DNA from: an uncultured Nocardioides sp.
GTDB taxonomy: Bacteria > Actinomycetota > Actinomycetes > Propionibacteriales > Nocardioidaceae
Assembly: GCA_947488515.1 (NCBI GenBank)
Contig: CANKZF010000002.1
Span: forward strand, 406,294 to 470,293
Length of the DNA: 64,000 bases
Reading direction: 5' to 3'
The translations under genes and the position numbers were made by a program. The notes under the pieces were generated by a model. That model did no database searches, was not told where the DNA came from, and saw only the letters and a program-made list of their open reading frames with translations. Shown in pieces: positions 27,662 through 37,074 of this stretch; position 1 is the first letter of the stretch, and each line of letters begins with the position of its first letter.

Positions 27662-29001
27662 TGCAGCTCGCTCCGCTGGCGGCGGACCTGCCCGACCCGG
27701 GTCTGGCCGCCTTCGGTCACGACCCGTGGTGGGTGATCCTGCTCAAGGCCGTGTTCATCTTCCTGATCCTGGTGCTGCTGACGCTGTTCAACATCTGGTT
27801 CGAGCGCCGCGTGGTCGCCCGGATGCAGCACCGCGTCGGCCCCAACGTTCACGGCCCCTTCGGCCTCCTGCAGTCGCTCGCCGACGGCGTGAAGCTCGCG
27901 CTCAAGGAGGACATCGTCCCCAAGGCGGCCGACAAGGTCGTCTTCCTCATCGCGCCGGTCATCGCCGTCGTTCCCGCCTTCGTCACGTGGGCGGTCATCC
28001 CGCTCGGCCCCGTGGTCAACTTCTTCGGGTACGAGACCCCGCTGCAGCTCACCGACATGCCGGTGGCGGTGCTCTTCATGCTCGCCATCGCCTCGATCGG
28101 CATCTACGGCATCGTCCTCGGCGGCTGGTCCTCCGGCTCGACGTACTCCCTGTTGGGGGGCCTGCGATCGAGCGCGCAGATGATCTCCTACGAGGTCGCG
28201 ATGGGCCTCGCGCTCGTGGCGGTCTTCCTCTACGCCGGGTCGATGTCGACGTCGGAGATCGTCGCCGCGCAGGACCGGCTGTGGTTCGGCCTGATCCTGC
28301 TGCCGTCGTTCGTCATCTACGTGATCTCGATGGTCGGCGAGACCAACCGTGCCCCCTTCGACCTCCCCGAGGCCGAGGGCGAGCTGGTCGGCGGCTTCCA
28401 CACCGAGTACTCCAGCCTGAAGTTCGCGCTGTTCTTCCTGGCCGAGTACATCAACCTCGCGACCGTGTCGGCCATCGCCACGACGCTGTTCCTGGGCGGC
28501 TGGGCGGCACCGTGGGGCATCGAGAACGTGTGGGAGGGCGCCAACAGCGGCTACTGGCCGCTGCTCTGGTTCTTCGGCAAGGTCTTCTGCTTCATCTTCC
28601 TGTTCGTCTGGCTGCGCGGCTCGCTGCCCCGCATGCGCTACGACCAGTTCATGGCGCTGGGCTGGAAGGTCCTGATCCCCGTCTCGCTGGCCTGGATCGT
28701 GGCCGTCGCGACCATCCGTGTCATCTCGCTCGAGGGCAACATCAACCGCACCTACCTCGTCGCCGCGATCGCCGTCCTGCTCGTCCTCACCGTGGCGCTG
28801 ATGTTCGTCGGTGACCGGGGCGGCAAGTCCGACGAGGAGAGCGCGGTCGAGGCGAGCGACGAGCCGCACGACGCGTTCGCCGGCGGCTTCCCCGTGCCGC
28901 CGATGCCCGCGGGTGGCGCAGTGCGCGGCGGCGCCGCGCCGCTGACGTTCGCCCAGAGCCGCACCACCGTCACCGCTTCAGCGGAGGAGAACCATGAGTG
29001 A
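27658..29001 (+). CDS. nuoH: NADH-quinone oxidoreductase subunit H
   Basis: 447-aa polytopic protein, [15 protein letters not shown]...[26 protein letters not shown]. Confidence 0.95.
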   Translation: MMQLAPLAADLPDPGLAAFGHDPWWVILLKAVFIFLILVLLTLFNIWFERRVVARMQHRVGPNVHGPFGLLQSLADGVKLALKEDIVPKAADKVVFLIAPVIAVVPAFVTWAVIPLGPVVNFFGYETPLQLTDMPVAVLFMLAIASIGIYGIVLGGWSSGSTYSLLGGLRSSAQMISYEVAMGLALVAVFLYAGSMSTSEIVAAQDRLWFGLILLPSFVIYVISMVGETNRAPFDLPEAEGELVGGFHTEYSSLKFALFFLAEYINLATVSAIATTLFLGGWAAPWGIENVWEGANSGYWPLLWFFGKVFCFIFLFVWLRGSLPRMRYDQFMALGWKVLIPVSLAWIVAVATIRVISLEGNINRTYLVAAIAVLLVLTVALMFVGDRGGKSDEESAVEASDEPHDAFAGGFPVPPMPAGGAVRGGAAPLTFAQSRTTVTASAEENHE

Positions 29002-29551
29002 GTCCCCTCAGTCCGAGCAGGGGTCCAAGGGCATCAAGGAGAGCCTCTGGGACCCGATCGCCGGGTTCGGCGTCACCTTCAGGACGATGTTCAAGAAGGT
29101 CGTCACCGAGCAGTACCCGTTCGAGAAGCTCCCGACGGCACCGCGGTTCCACGGCCGCCACCAGCTCAACCGCTGGCCCGACGGCCTGGAGAAGTGCATC
29201 GGCTGCGAGCTGTGCGCGTGGGCCTGCCCGGCCGACGCCATCTACGTGGAGGGCGCGTCCAACGTCGACCTCCCGGACGGCTCGGGACGCTTCAGCCCCG
29301 GCGAGCGCTACGGCCGCGTCTACCAGATCAACTACCTGCGCTGCATCCTGTGCGGGCTCTGCATCGAGGCGTGCCCGACCCGCGCGCTCACGATGACCAA
29401 CGAGTACGAGCTGGCCGACAACAACCGCGCCGACCTCATCTACGAGAAGTCCGACCTGCTGGCCCCGCTGCTGCCGGGCATGGAGGAGCCGCCGCACGCG
29501 ATGCGGCTCGGCGACGACGAGGGCGACTACTACCGGGGGGCCACGAGATGA
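28994..29551 (+). CDS. nuoI: NADH-quinone oxidoreductase subunit I
   Basis: Two 4Fe-4S ferredoxin motifs, [12 protein letters not shown] and [12 protein letters not shown]. Confidence 0.95.
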   Translation: MSESPQSEQGSKGIKESLWDPIAGFGVTFRTMFKKVVTEQYPFEKLPTAPRFHGRHQLNRWPDGLEKCIGCELCAWACPADAIYVEGASNVDLPDGSGRFSPGERYGRVYQINYLRCILCGLCIEACPTRALTMTNEYELADNNRADLIYEKSDLLAPLLPGMEEPPHAMRLGDDEGDYYRGATR

Positions 29552-29618
29552 ACCACCCCACGAAGTTCTCGTCCTCCTCCGCTGCGCTCCTCCGCACGAC
29601 AACTCCGAGGGGACCCCG
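29552..29618 (+). repeat. nuo junction repeat element (nuoI/nuoJ spacer) with a bridging mini-ORF 29548-29622
   Basis: CACCCCACGAAGTTCTCGTCCTCCTCCGCTGCGCTCCTCCGCACGACAACTCCGAGGGGACCCCGA. Mini-[27 protein letters not shown] runs from ATGA at the nuoI stop to ATGA at the nuoJ start. GATGA is duplicated at both ends. Confidence 0.85.
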
Positions 29619-30446
29619 ATGACGTTCTGGATCCTGGCCCCGATCATGGTGGCCGCCGCGCTGGGCATCCTCTTCGTCCGCAAGGCCGTGCACGCCGCGC
29701 TGCTGCTCGCCGTGGTGATGATCAGCCTGGCGTTCCTCTACGCCGTGCTCGACGCCCCGTTCCTCTTCGCGGTGCAGATCATCGTCTACACCGGCGCGAT
29801 CCTCATGCTGTTCCTCTTCGTGATGATGCTGATCGGCGTCGACGCGACCGACTCCGTCGTGGAGACGATCCGCGGCCAGCGCGTGATGGCGGTCGTCCTC
29901 GGCCTGCTCTTCGGCGTCGTGCTGGTCGTCGGCATCAGCCAGGTCACGCTCGGCACGGTGGTCGGGCTCGACGAGGCCAACGCCGGCGGCAACGTCCCGG
30001 CGATCGCCAACATCCTGTTCTCCCGCTACGTGTTCGCCTTCGAGGCGACCAGCGCCCTGCTCATCACCGCCGCGCTCGGCGCGATGGTGCTCGCCCACCG
30101 CGAGCGCCTGACCCCGAAGCAGACGCAGGCCGACCAGGCCGCCCAGCGCATGCGCGACTACGCCGAGCACGGCAAGCACCTCGGCCCGCTGCCCTCGCCG
30201 GGCGTCTACGCCCGCCACAACGCGGTGGACACCCCGGCCCTGCTGCCCGACGGCACCGCCGCCGAGTCGTCGGTCTCCCGGGTGCTCGCCGCCCGCGGCA
30301 CGGTCCGCTCGGCTCCCGCGCTCGCCGACGACATCGACGACGTACGCCGCCAGATCGCCGGTCTGGACGGGAAGAGCCCTGCCGCGATGCCCGAGACCTC
30401 GGGCAAGGCCGGCGCGCCCGCCGCGACGGAAGAGGACGTGAAGTGA
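29619..30446 (+). CDS. nuoJ: NADH-quinone oxidoreductase subunit J
   Basis: MTFWILAPIMVAAALGILFVRKAVHAALLLAVVMISLAFLY...; 275 aa with a hydrophilic C-terminal tail. Confidence 0.9.
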   Translation: MTFWILAPIMVAAALGILFVRKAVHAALLLAVVMISLAFLYAVLDAPFLFAVQIIVYTGAILMLFLFVMMLIGVDATDSVVETIRGQRVMAVVLGLLFGVVLVVGISQVTLGTVVGLDEANAGGNVPAIANILFSRYVFAFEATSALLITAALGAMVLAHRERLTPKQTQADQAAQRMRDYAEHGKHLGPLPSPGVYARHNAVDTPALLPDGTAAESSVSRVLAARGTVRSAPALADDIDDVRRQIAGLDGKSPAAMPETSGKAGAPAATEEDVK

Positions 30447-30545
30447 CTGAGTACGTAGTCGCCACCCCAGCAACTTCTTCGCTCCTCCGCTTCGCTCCTC
30501 CGCGAACAACTCGCCGGGGACCCCGACGCTCGATGAGGTCGAACC
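30447..30545 (+). repeat. nuo junction repeat element (nuoJ/nuoK spacer) flanked by a 16-nt duplication
   Basis: CACCCCAGCAACTTCTTCGCTCCTCCGCTTCGCTCCTCCGCGAACAACTCGCCGGGGACCCCGA. TGACTGAGTACGTAGT occurs at 30444-30459 and again at 30547-30562. Mini-ORF 30443-30553. Confidence 0.85.
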
Positions 30546-30839
30546 TTGACTGAGTACGTAGTTCTTTCGGCGATCCTGTTCACGATCGGCTGCGTGGGTG
30601 TCCTCACGCGCCGCAACGCCATCGTGGTGTTCATGTGCGTCGAGCTGATGCTGAACGCCTGCAACCTGGCGTTCGTGGCCTTCGCCCGGCAGCACGGCAA
30701 CCTCGACGGCCAGATCACCGCCTTCTTCGTGATGGTGGTGGCTGCTGCCGAGGTCGTGATCGGGCTCGCGATCATCATGACCATCTTCCGCACCCGACGC
30801 TCGGCCTCGGTCGACGACGCCAGCCTGCTGAAGTACTGA
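30546..30839 (+). CDS. nuoK: NADH-quinone oxidoreductase subunit K (TTG start)
   Basis: [38 protein letters not shown]..., 97 aa. The only in-frame start after the element is TTG 30546. Confidence 0.9.
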   Translation: MTEYVVLSAILFTIGCVGVLTRRNAIVVFMCVELMLNACNLAFVAFARQHGNLDGQITAFFVMVVAAAEVVIGLAIIMTIFRTRRSASVDDASLLKY

Positions 30840-30849
30840 GGGAGCGCTC

Positions 30850-32844
30850 GTGAACCTGTTGTCCCACTCAGTCCTCGCGGCCGGCCTGCCGATGGCCGAG
30901 GAGGGCGCCCACGCGCCCGTGATCGCGCCCGACATGGGCGCGGGCGGTGTGTTCGACCTGCTCTGGCTGGTCATCGCGCTCCCGGTGCTCGGCGCGGTCC
31001 TGCTGCTCGGCGTCGCGCCGTTCCTGCCGTCCTCGCTCAGGGCCGTCGCCGACAAGCACGGCCACCTCCTCGGCACCGCGATGGCGGCGCTGTCCTTCGT
31101 GCTCAGCCTCGTGCTGTTCCTAGCGCTGGTGGGCCGCGACGCCGAGTCGCGACAGGTCGGCCAGCAGCTGTGGACGTGGTTCGAGACCGGCTCGCTGACG
31201 GTCGGCATGGACCTGCTCTACGACCAGCTGGCCGCGCTGTTCCTGCTCCTCATCACCGGCGTCGGGACGCTGATCCACGTCTACGCCATCGGCTACATGG
31301 AGCACGACCCGCGTCGCCGCCGCTTCTTCGGCTACCTCAACCTGTTCGTCGCGGCGATGCTCACGCTGATCCTGTCGGCCAACTTCGTGGGCCTGTTCCT
31401 GGGCTGGGAGGGCGTCGGCCTGGCGTCGTACCTGCTCATCGGCTTCTGGCAGCACAAGCCGTCGGCCGCTGCGGCCGCCAAGAAGGCGTTCGTCATCAAC
31501 CGTGTCGGTGACATCGGCCTGTCGCTGGCGATCGCGCTGATGTTCGCCACCTTCGGCACCGCCGACTTCGGCGCCGTGAGCGAGCTCGCGGGGGAGGCGA
31601 GCCAGGGCACGCTCAACGCCCTCGGCCTGCTGCTCCTGCTCGGTGCGTGCGGCAAGTCCGCGCAGGTGCCGCTGCAGGCGTGGCTCCTCGACGCGATGGA
31701 GGGCCCGACCCCGGTCTCGGCCCTCATCCACGCCGCGACGATGGTCACGGCCGGCGTCTACCTCGTCGTCCGGTCCAACTTCATCTTCGATCTCACGCCC
31801 GTCGCGCAGACCGCGGTCGTCGTCGTCGCCACCGTCACGCTCCTCTGGGGTGCGATCCTCGGCTGCGCCAAGGACGACATCAAGAAGGCGCTGGCCGGCT
31901 CGACGATGAGCCAGATCGGCTACATGATGCTCGCCGCCGGCCTCGGCCCGGTGGGCTACCCGTTCGCGATCTTCCACCTGCTGACGCACGGCTTCTTCAA
32001 GGCCAACATGTTCCTCGGCGCCGGTTCGGTCATGCACGGGATGAACGACGACGTCGACATGCGTCATTACGGCGCGCTCAACAAGGCGATGCCGGTCACC
32101 TTCCTGACCTTTGCGATGGGCTACCTCGCGATCATCGGCTTCCCGGGGTTCTCCGGCTTCTGGTCCAAGGACCGGATCATCGAGACTGCGCTGGCCGAGA
32201 ACCTGATCATCGGCATCCTGGCGCTGATCGGTGCGGGCATCACCGGCTTCTACATGACCCGCCTCATGCTGATGACGTTCTTCGGCGAGAAGCGCTGGGA
32301 GAAGGACGTCCACCCGCACGAGTCGCCCAAGGTGATGACGGTCCCGCTGATCGTGCTGGCCGCGCTGTCGGTCCTCGGTGGCCTCCTGCTGTTCAACGAC
32401 TGGATCGTCACCTGGCTCGAGCCGGTGACCGGTCACGTCGAGCACCACGAGCCGCCGCTGCCGGCGATCGTGATCACGCTGATCATCACCGCCGTCGTCG
32501 CGATCGGCGTCGCCGCGGCCTGGTTCCTCGTGGGCAGGCGCGCGGTCCCGCGCGAGGCCCCGCAGGACGTGTCGTTCGCGACCCGCGCCGCTCGCGCCGA
32601 CCTCTACGGTGACGCAATCAACGACGCGGTCGTCGTACGCCCCGGAGCCGCGCTCGTCGGTGGTCTGGCCACCTTCGACCGCGTCGGCGTCGACGGCGTC
32701 GTCGAGGGTGGTTCGTCCGCCGTCGGCGGCCTGTCCACCACGATGCGTCGAGTCCAGAACGGCTTCGTCCGCTCCTACGCCCTGTCCCTCCTCGGTGGCG
32801 CCCTGCTGGTCGTCCTCGCTCTGCTGGCGGTGAACCTCGGATGA
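30850..32844 (+). CDS. nuoL: NADH-quinone oxidoreductase subunit L
   Basis: 664-aa antiporter-like subunit, [29 protein letters not shown]...[20 protein letters not shown]. Confidence 0.95.
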   Translation: MNLLSHSVLAAGLPMAEEGAHAPVIAPDMGAGGVFDLLWLVIALPVLGAVLLLGVAPFLPSSLRAVADKHGHLLGTAMAALSFVLSLVLFLALVGRDAESRQVGQQLWTWFETGSLTVGMDLLYDQLAALFLLLITGVGTLIHVYAIGYMEHDPRRRRFFGYLNLFVAAMLTLILSANFVGLFLGWEGVGLASYLLIGFWQHKPSAAAAAKKAFVINRVGDIGLSLAIALMFATFGTADFGAVSELAGEASQGTLNALGLLLLLGACGKSAQVPLQAWLLDAMEGPTPVSALIHAATMVTAGVYLVVRSNFIFDLTPVAQTAVVVVATVTLLWGAILGCAKDDIKKALAGSTMSQIGYMMLAAGLGPVGYPFAIFHLLTHGFFKANMFLGAGSVMHGMNDDVDMRHYGALNKAMPVTFLTFAMGYLAIIGFPGFSGFWSKDRIIETALAENLIIGILALIGAGITGFYMTRLMLMTFFGEKRWEKDVHPHESPKVMTVPLIVLAALSVLGGLLLFNDWIVTWLEPVTGHVEHHEPPLPAIVITLIITAVVAIGVAAAWFLVGRRAVPREAPQDVSFATRAARADLYGDAINDAVVVRPGAALVGGLATFDRVGVDGVVEGGSSAVGGLSTTMRRVQNGFVRSYALSLLGGALLVVLALLAVNLG

Positions 32845-34328
32845 TCCTGACTGTCCTGATCCTGCTGCCGCTCGTCGGCGCCCTCGTCACGGCCTTCGTG
32901 CCGGCCGCGGTCGCCCGGCTGGTCGGCCTCGGCTTCGCCGCCGCGACCCTGGTCGCCGGCATCGTGGTCGCTGCGCAGTACAACGCCGGCGACGGCATGC
33001 AGCTCACCGAGACCCGCACGTGGATCGAGTCGCTCGGCGTCCACTACGCGCTCGGCGTCGACGGCCTCGGCCTGCTGATGGTCCTGCTCACGGTCGTCCT
33101 CGTGCCGATCGTGCTGCTGGCCGGCTGGCACGAGTCGGAGGCCCCGGGCAACAACGGCGCGAAGGCCTTCTTCGCCTGGACCCTGGCCCTCGAGGCGATG
33201 TCGCTGGCGGTCTTCACCGCCACCGACGTGCTGCTCTTCTACGTCGTGTTCGAGGCGACGCTGATCCCGGCCTACTTCCTGATCGGCGGCTTCGGTCGAG
33301 CCGGCCGGGGCCGTGCCGCGACCAAGTTCCTCATCTACCAGCTCGCCGGCGGGCTGATCATGCTCGCCTCGGTGATCGGGCTCTACGTCGTCTCCGCGAA
33401 CGCGGGCAACCCGAGCTTCCTGATCAGCGACCTCGCTGCGCTCGACATCGACGAGACCACGCAGCGCTGGCTGTTCGTCGGCTTCTTCATCGCCTTCGCG
33501 ATCAAGGCGCCGATGTTCCCGGTCCACACCTGGCTGGCCGACACGACGGAGAAGGCGACCACCGGCACCTCGGTCCTGCTGGTCTGCATCCTCGACAAGA
33601 TCGGCACGTTCGGCATGCTGCGGTTCTGCCTCGGACTGCTGCCCGACGCCTCGCAGTGGGCGACGCCGGTCGTGATCGTGCTCGCGCTCATCTCGATCAT
33701 CTACGGCGCGCTGGTCGCCATCGGGCAGGACGACGTCCTGCGCCTGATCGGTCTCACGTCGCTCTCGCACTTCGGCTTCATCGTGCTGGGCATCTTCGTG
33801 TTCAGCTCGAACGGCAGCTCCGGCGCGATCCTCTACATGGTCAACCACGGCATCGCGACGGCGCTGATGTTCCTCGTCGCCGGGTTCCTGATCCGTCGCA
33901 CCGGCACCGCGTCCATCCGTGAGATGGGCGGGGTGGAGAAGGCAGCCCCGCTCCTGGCCGGCTTCTTCCTCGTCGGTGGCCTCGCCGCGGCCGGCCTCCC
34001 CGGCCTGTCGCCGTTCGTCTCCGAGATGCTCGTCATCATCGCCGCGTTCGAGCACCACTGGCTGGCCGGCTCGGTCGCCGTCCTCGCGATCGTCCTCGCC
34101 GCGTTCTACGCGCTCTGGATGTACCAGCGGACGATGACCGGTCCCGATCGGGTCGGCATGGCGCCGGTGGCCGACCTCGATCGGCGTGAGGTGGGCATCC
34201 TCGCTCCGCTCCTGCTCGCGCTCCTGCTGTTCGGCTTCTACCCGATGCCGCTGCTCGACGTCATCAACCCGTTCGTCCACGAGTCGCTCGCGAGTGTGGG
34301 CATCGGCCAGGAGGGTGGTCCCCAGTGA
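32841..34328 (+). CDS. nuoM: NADH-quinone oxidoreductase subunit M
   Basis: 495-aa antiporter-like subunit, [21 protein letters not shown] overlap with nuoL. Confidence 0.95.
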   Translation: MILTVLILLPLVGALVTAFVPAAVARLVGLGFAAATLVAGIVVAAQYNAGDGMQLTETRTWIESLGVHYALGVDGLGLLMVLLTVVLVPIVLLAGWHESEAPGNNGAKAFFAWTLALEAMSLAVFTATDVLLFYVVFEATLIPAYFLIGGFGRAGRGRAATKFLIYQLAGGLIMLASVIGLYVVSANAGNPSFLISDLAALDIDETTQRWLFVGFFIAFAIKAPMFPVHTWLADTTEKATTGTSVLLVCILDKIGTFGMLRFCLGLLPDASQWATPVVIVLALISIIYGALVAIGQDDVLRLIGLTSLSHFGFIVLGIFVFSSNGSSGAILYMVNHGIATALMFLVAGFLIRRTGTASIREMGGVEKAAPLLAGFFLVGGLAAAGLPGLSPFVSEMLVIIAAFEHHWLAGSVAVLAIVLAAFYALWMYQRTMTGPDRVGMAPVADLDRREVGILAPLLLALLLFGFYPMPLLDVINPFVHESLASVGIGQEGGPQ

Positions 34329-35917
34329 CCGAGTTCGTGAAGCCCAGCGTCGAGTACTTCGAGCTCTGGCCGCTGCTGGCCGTCTTCGGTGTCGCCTGCC
34401 TCGGCGTCGTCGTGGAGGCGTTCCTCCCGCGCTCCATCCGCTACACCGCCCAGGTCGTGCTGGCCCTCGGTGGCCTCGTGCTCGCCCTCGTCGGCGTGGT
34501 GCTGGTCGCGCAGCGGGTCCAGACGTACGACGACGGCGCCGCGCGCGGCGTGCTCGCCGTCGGCGGGACGATCGCCGTCGACGGCCCGAGCCTCTTCATC
34601 TGGGGCCTGGTTCTCGCGCTGGCCATCGCCGGCGTGCTGCTCTTCGCCGAGCGGCACCTCGACGGCGGGGTGTCGGCGTTCGCCGGCCAGGCCGCCGCCG
34701 TGCCGGGCACGGACGCGGAGACCGCGTCGATCGCGGCCAACCGCGAGCACACCGAGGTCTACCCGCTGATGATGTTCGCGGTCTTCGGCATGATGCTCTT
34801 CCCGGCGGCCAACGACCTGCTGACGATGTTCGTCGGCCTCGAGGTCCTGTCGCTGCCGCTCTACCTGCTGAGCGGCCTCGCGCGCCGCCGCCGCCTGCTC
34901 AGCCAGGAGGCCGCACTCAAGTACTTCCTCCTCGGCGCGTTCTCCTCGGGCTTCTTCCTCTACGGCGCGGCCCTGCTCTACGGCTTCGCCGGCGCCCTGG
35001 ACTTCGCCTCGATCAACGAGGCGGTGCGCAACGACGTGGGCAGCCAGTCCCTGCTGCTCATCGGCACGGGCCTGCTCTCGGTCGGTCTGCTGTTCAAGGT
35101 CGGCGCCGTGCCGTTCCAGGCGTGGACGCCCGACGTCTACCAGGGCGCCCCGACCCCGGTCACCGCCTTCATGGCGGCCGGCACCAAGGTCGCGGCCTTC
35201 GGCGCGATCATGCGCCTGTTCTACGTCGCCCTCGGCGCGGACCGCTGGTCGTGGCAGCCGATGCTGTGGATCATCGCCGTGCTGTCGATGTTCGTCGGTG
35301 CCGTGCTGGCCATCACCCAGACCGACATCAAGCGCCTGCTGGCCTACTCGTCGGTCGCCCACACCGGCTTCATCCTCACCGGCGTCCTCGGCCTGCAGGC
35401 TGCCGACCAGCTGGCCGTCGGCGAGATCAGCTCGGTCCAGGCCGTGCTCTTCTACCTCGCGACCTACGGGTTCGCGACGATCGGCGCGTTCGCGGTGGTC
35501 AGCCTGGTCCGTGACGGCGCCGGTGAGACCACCGCGATCGACCGGTGGGCCGGCCTCGGCAAGGAGTCGCCGGTGGTGGCTGCGGTGTTCGCCTTCTTCC
35601 TGCTGGCGATGGCGGGCATCCCGCTCACGTCCGGCTTCGTGGGCAAGCTCGCAGTCTTCTCCGTGGCCCTCGCCGCGGGCGCATGGCCCGTCGTCGTGGC
35701 GGCCGTGATCGCGAGCATCATCGCGGCGTTCCTCTACGTCCGGGTCATCAAGGTCATGTACTTCGACAAGCCGATCGGCGACGGTCCGAGCGTGGCTTAC
35801 CCGTCCGTGCTCACCGCGACGACCATCGCCGTCGGTGCCGCGATCACCCTCGTCCTCGGCGTGCTGCCGGGGCCGGTGCTCGATCTCGCGGCCGTTGCGG
35901 GAGAATTCATCAGGTGA
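34325..35917 (+). CDS. nuoN: NADH-quinone oxidoreductase subunit N
   Basis: 530-aa antiporter-like subunit, KVGAVPFQAWTPDVYQGAPTPVTAFMAAGTK. GTGA overlap with nuoM. Confidence 0.95.
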   Translation: MTEFVKPSVEYFELWPLLAVFGVACLGVVVEAFLPRSIRYTAQVVLALGGLVLALVGVVLVAQRVQTYDDGAARGVLAVGGTIAVDGPSLFIWGLVLALAIAGVLLFAERHLDGGVSAFAGQAAAVPGTDAETASIAANREHTEVYPLMMFAVFGMMLFPAANDLLTMFVGLEVLSLPLYLLSGLARRRRLLSQEAALKYFLLGAFSSGFFLYGAALLYGFAGALDFASINEAVRNDVGSQSLLLIGTGLLSVGLLFKVGAVPFQAWTPDVYQGAPTPVTAFMAAGTKVAAFGAIMRLFYVALGADRWSWQPMLWIIAVLSMFVGAVLAITQTDIKRLLAYSSVAHTGFILTGVLGLQAADQLAVGEISSVQAVLFYLATYGFATIGAFAVVSLVRDGAGETTAIDRWAGLGKESPVVAAVFAFFLLAMAGIPLTSGFVGKLAVFSVALAAGAWPVVVAAVIASIIAAFLYVRVIKVMYFDKPIGDGPSVAYPSVLTATTIAVGAAITLVLGVLPGPVLDLAAVAGEFIR

Positions 35918-36912
35918 CCGACTCGCCCCTTGCAATGCCCGTCGTCGACGCCGCTCTCGAGCAGCGGCTGCTCGAGCGGATGGCGCGCATCGAGGTGATG
36001 CTCGCCGACCACTGCCGGGGGCGTGCGCAGTTCGTGTCGGAGGCCGCGGCGCACCTGATGATGGCCGGTGGCAAACGCTTCCGACCGCTGCTCGTGCTGC
36101 TCGCCGCTGAGGCGGGTCCGGACCCCGACGCCGACGCGGTCGACACGGCCGCCTGCGTCGTCGAGCTGACCCACGTCGCCTCGCTCTACCACGACGACGT
36201 GATGGACGAGGCGTCCCTGCGGCGCGGCGCCCGCACCGCCAACGCCCGCTGGGACAACAACGTCGCGATCCTCACCGGCGACTTCCTGTTCGGTCGCTCC
36301 TCGGAGCTCACCGCCGAGCTGGGGCCCGAGGCGGTCCTCATCCAGGCGCGCACCTTCACCCGGCTCGTCGAGGGCCAGATCATGGAGACCGTCCCGCCCG
36401 GACCGGGTGAGGACCCGCTGGCGCACTACCTCGACGTCGTCGCGGGCAAGACGGGCTCGTTGATCGCCACGTCCGCCCGCTACGGCGCGATGTTCAGCGG
36501 CGCCCGCCCGGACGTCGTCGAGGCCCTGAGCTCCTACGGCGAGATCGTCGGCTCGGCCTTCCAGCTGACCGACGACATCCTCGACATCGCCTCCGAGTCC
36601 GACACGTCCGGCAAGACGCCCGGCACCGACCTGCGCGAGGGCGTACCCACCCTCCCCGTCCTCATGGCCCAGGCCTCCACCGACCCGGCCGACGCCCGGC
36701 TGCTGTCGCTCCTCGGCCGCCCGCTGACCGACGACGCCGAGCACGCCGAGGCCCTCGAGCTCATGCGCCGCCACCCGGCCATGGACCAGGCGCGCGACCA
36801 CGTGCTGGCCGAGGCCGCCCGCGCCAAGAAGCTCCTCGAGGCCCTCGACCCGGGCCCCGTGCGTACGGCGCTGGAGTCCTTCGCCGACATCGTCGCGACC
36901 CGCTCGTCCTGA
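35914..36912 (+). CDS. trans-Polyprenyl diphosphate synthase (menaquinone side-chain synthase type)
   Basis: GTGA overlap with the nuoN stop. First Asp-rich motif LYHDDVMDE and second FQLTDDILD, about 332 aa. Confidence 0.9.
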   Translation: MTDSPLAMPVVDAALEQRLLERMARIEVMLADHCRGRAQFVSEAAAHLMMAGGKRFRPLLVLLAAEAGPDPDADAVDTAACVVELTHVASLYHDDVMDEASLRRGARTANARWDNNVAILTGDFLFGRSSELTAELGPEAVLIQARTFTRLVEGQIMETVPPGPGEDPLAHYLDVVAGKTGSLIATSARYGAMFSGARPDVVEALSSYGEIVGSAFQLTDDILDIASESDTSGKTPGTDLREGVPTLPVLMAQASTDPADARLLSLLGRPLTDDAEHAEALELMRRHPAMDQARDHVLAEAARAKKLLEALDPGPVRTALESFADIVATRSS

Positions 36913-37050
36913 CCTCGCCGCTGGGCGGTGCCTGAGCCACGTTCCACGAGCTCGGGATGTGGGTGGGTCACCGCTGGTCGGCGTGTCGTATGCCGCCTCG
37001 CCGCTGGGCGGTGCCTGACCCACGTTCCACGAGCTCGGGATGTGGGTGGG
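36913..37050. repeat. Tandem direct duplication (55-bp unit, 83-bp period) between convergent genes
   Basis: CCTCGCCGCTGGGCGGTGCCTGA(G/C)CCACGTTCCACGAGCTCGGGATGTGGGTGGG occurs at 36913-36967 and 36996-37050, with a single mismatch. Confidence 0.9.
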
Positions 37051-37074
37051 CCACCGCCCCGAGCAGCGCGCCGC

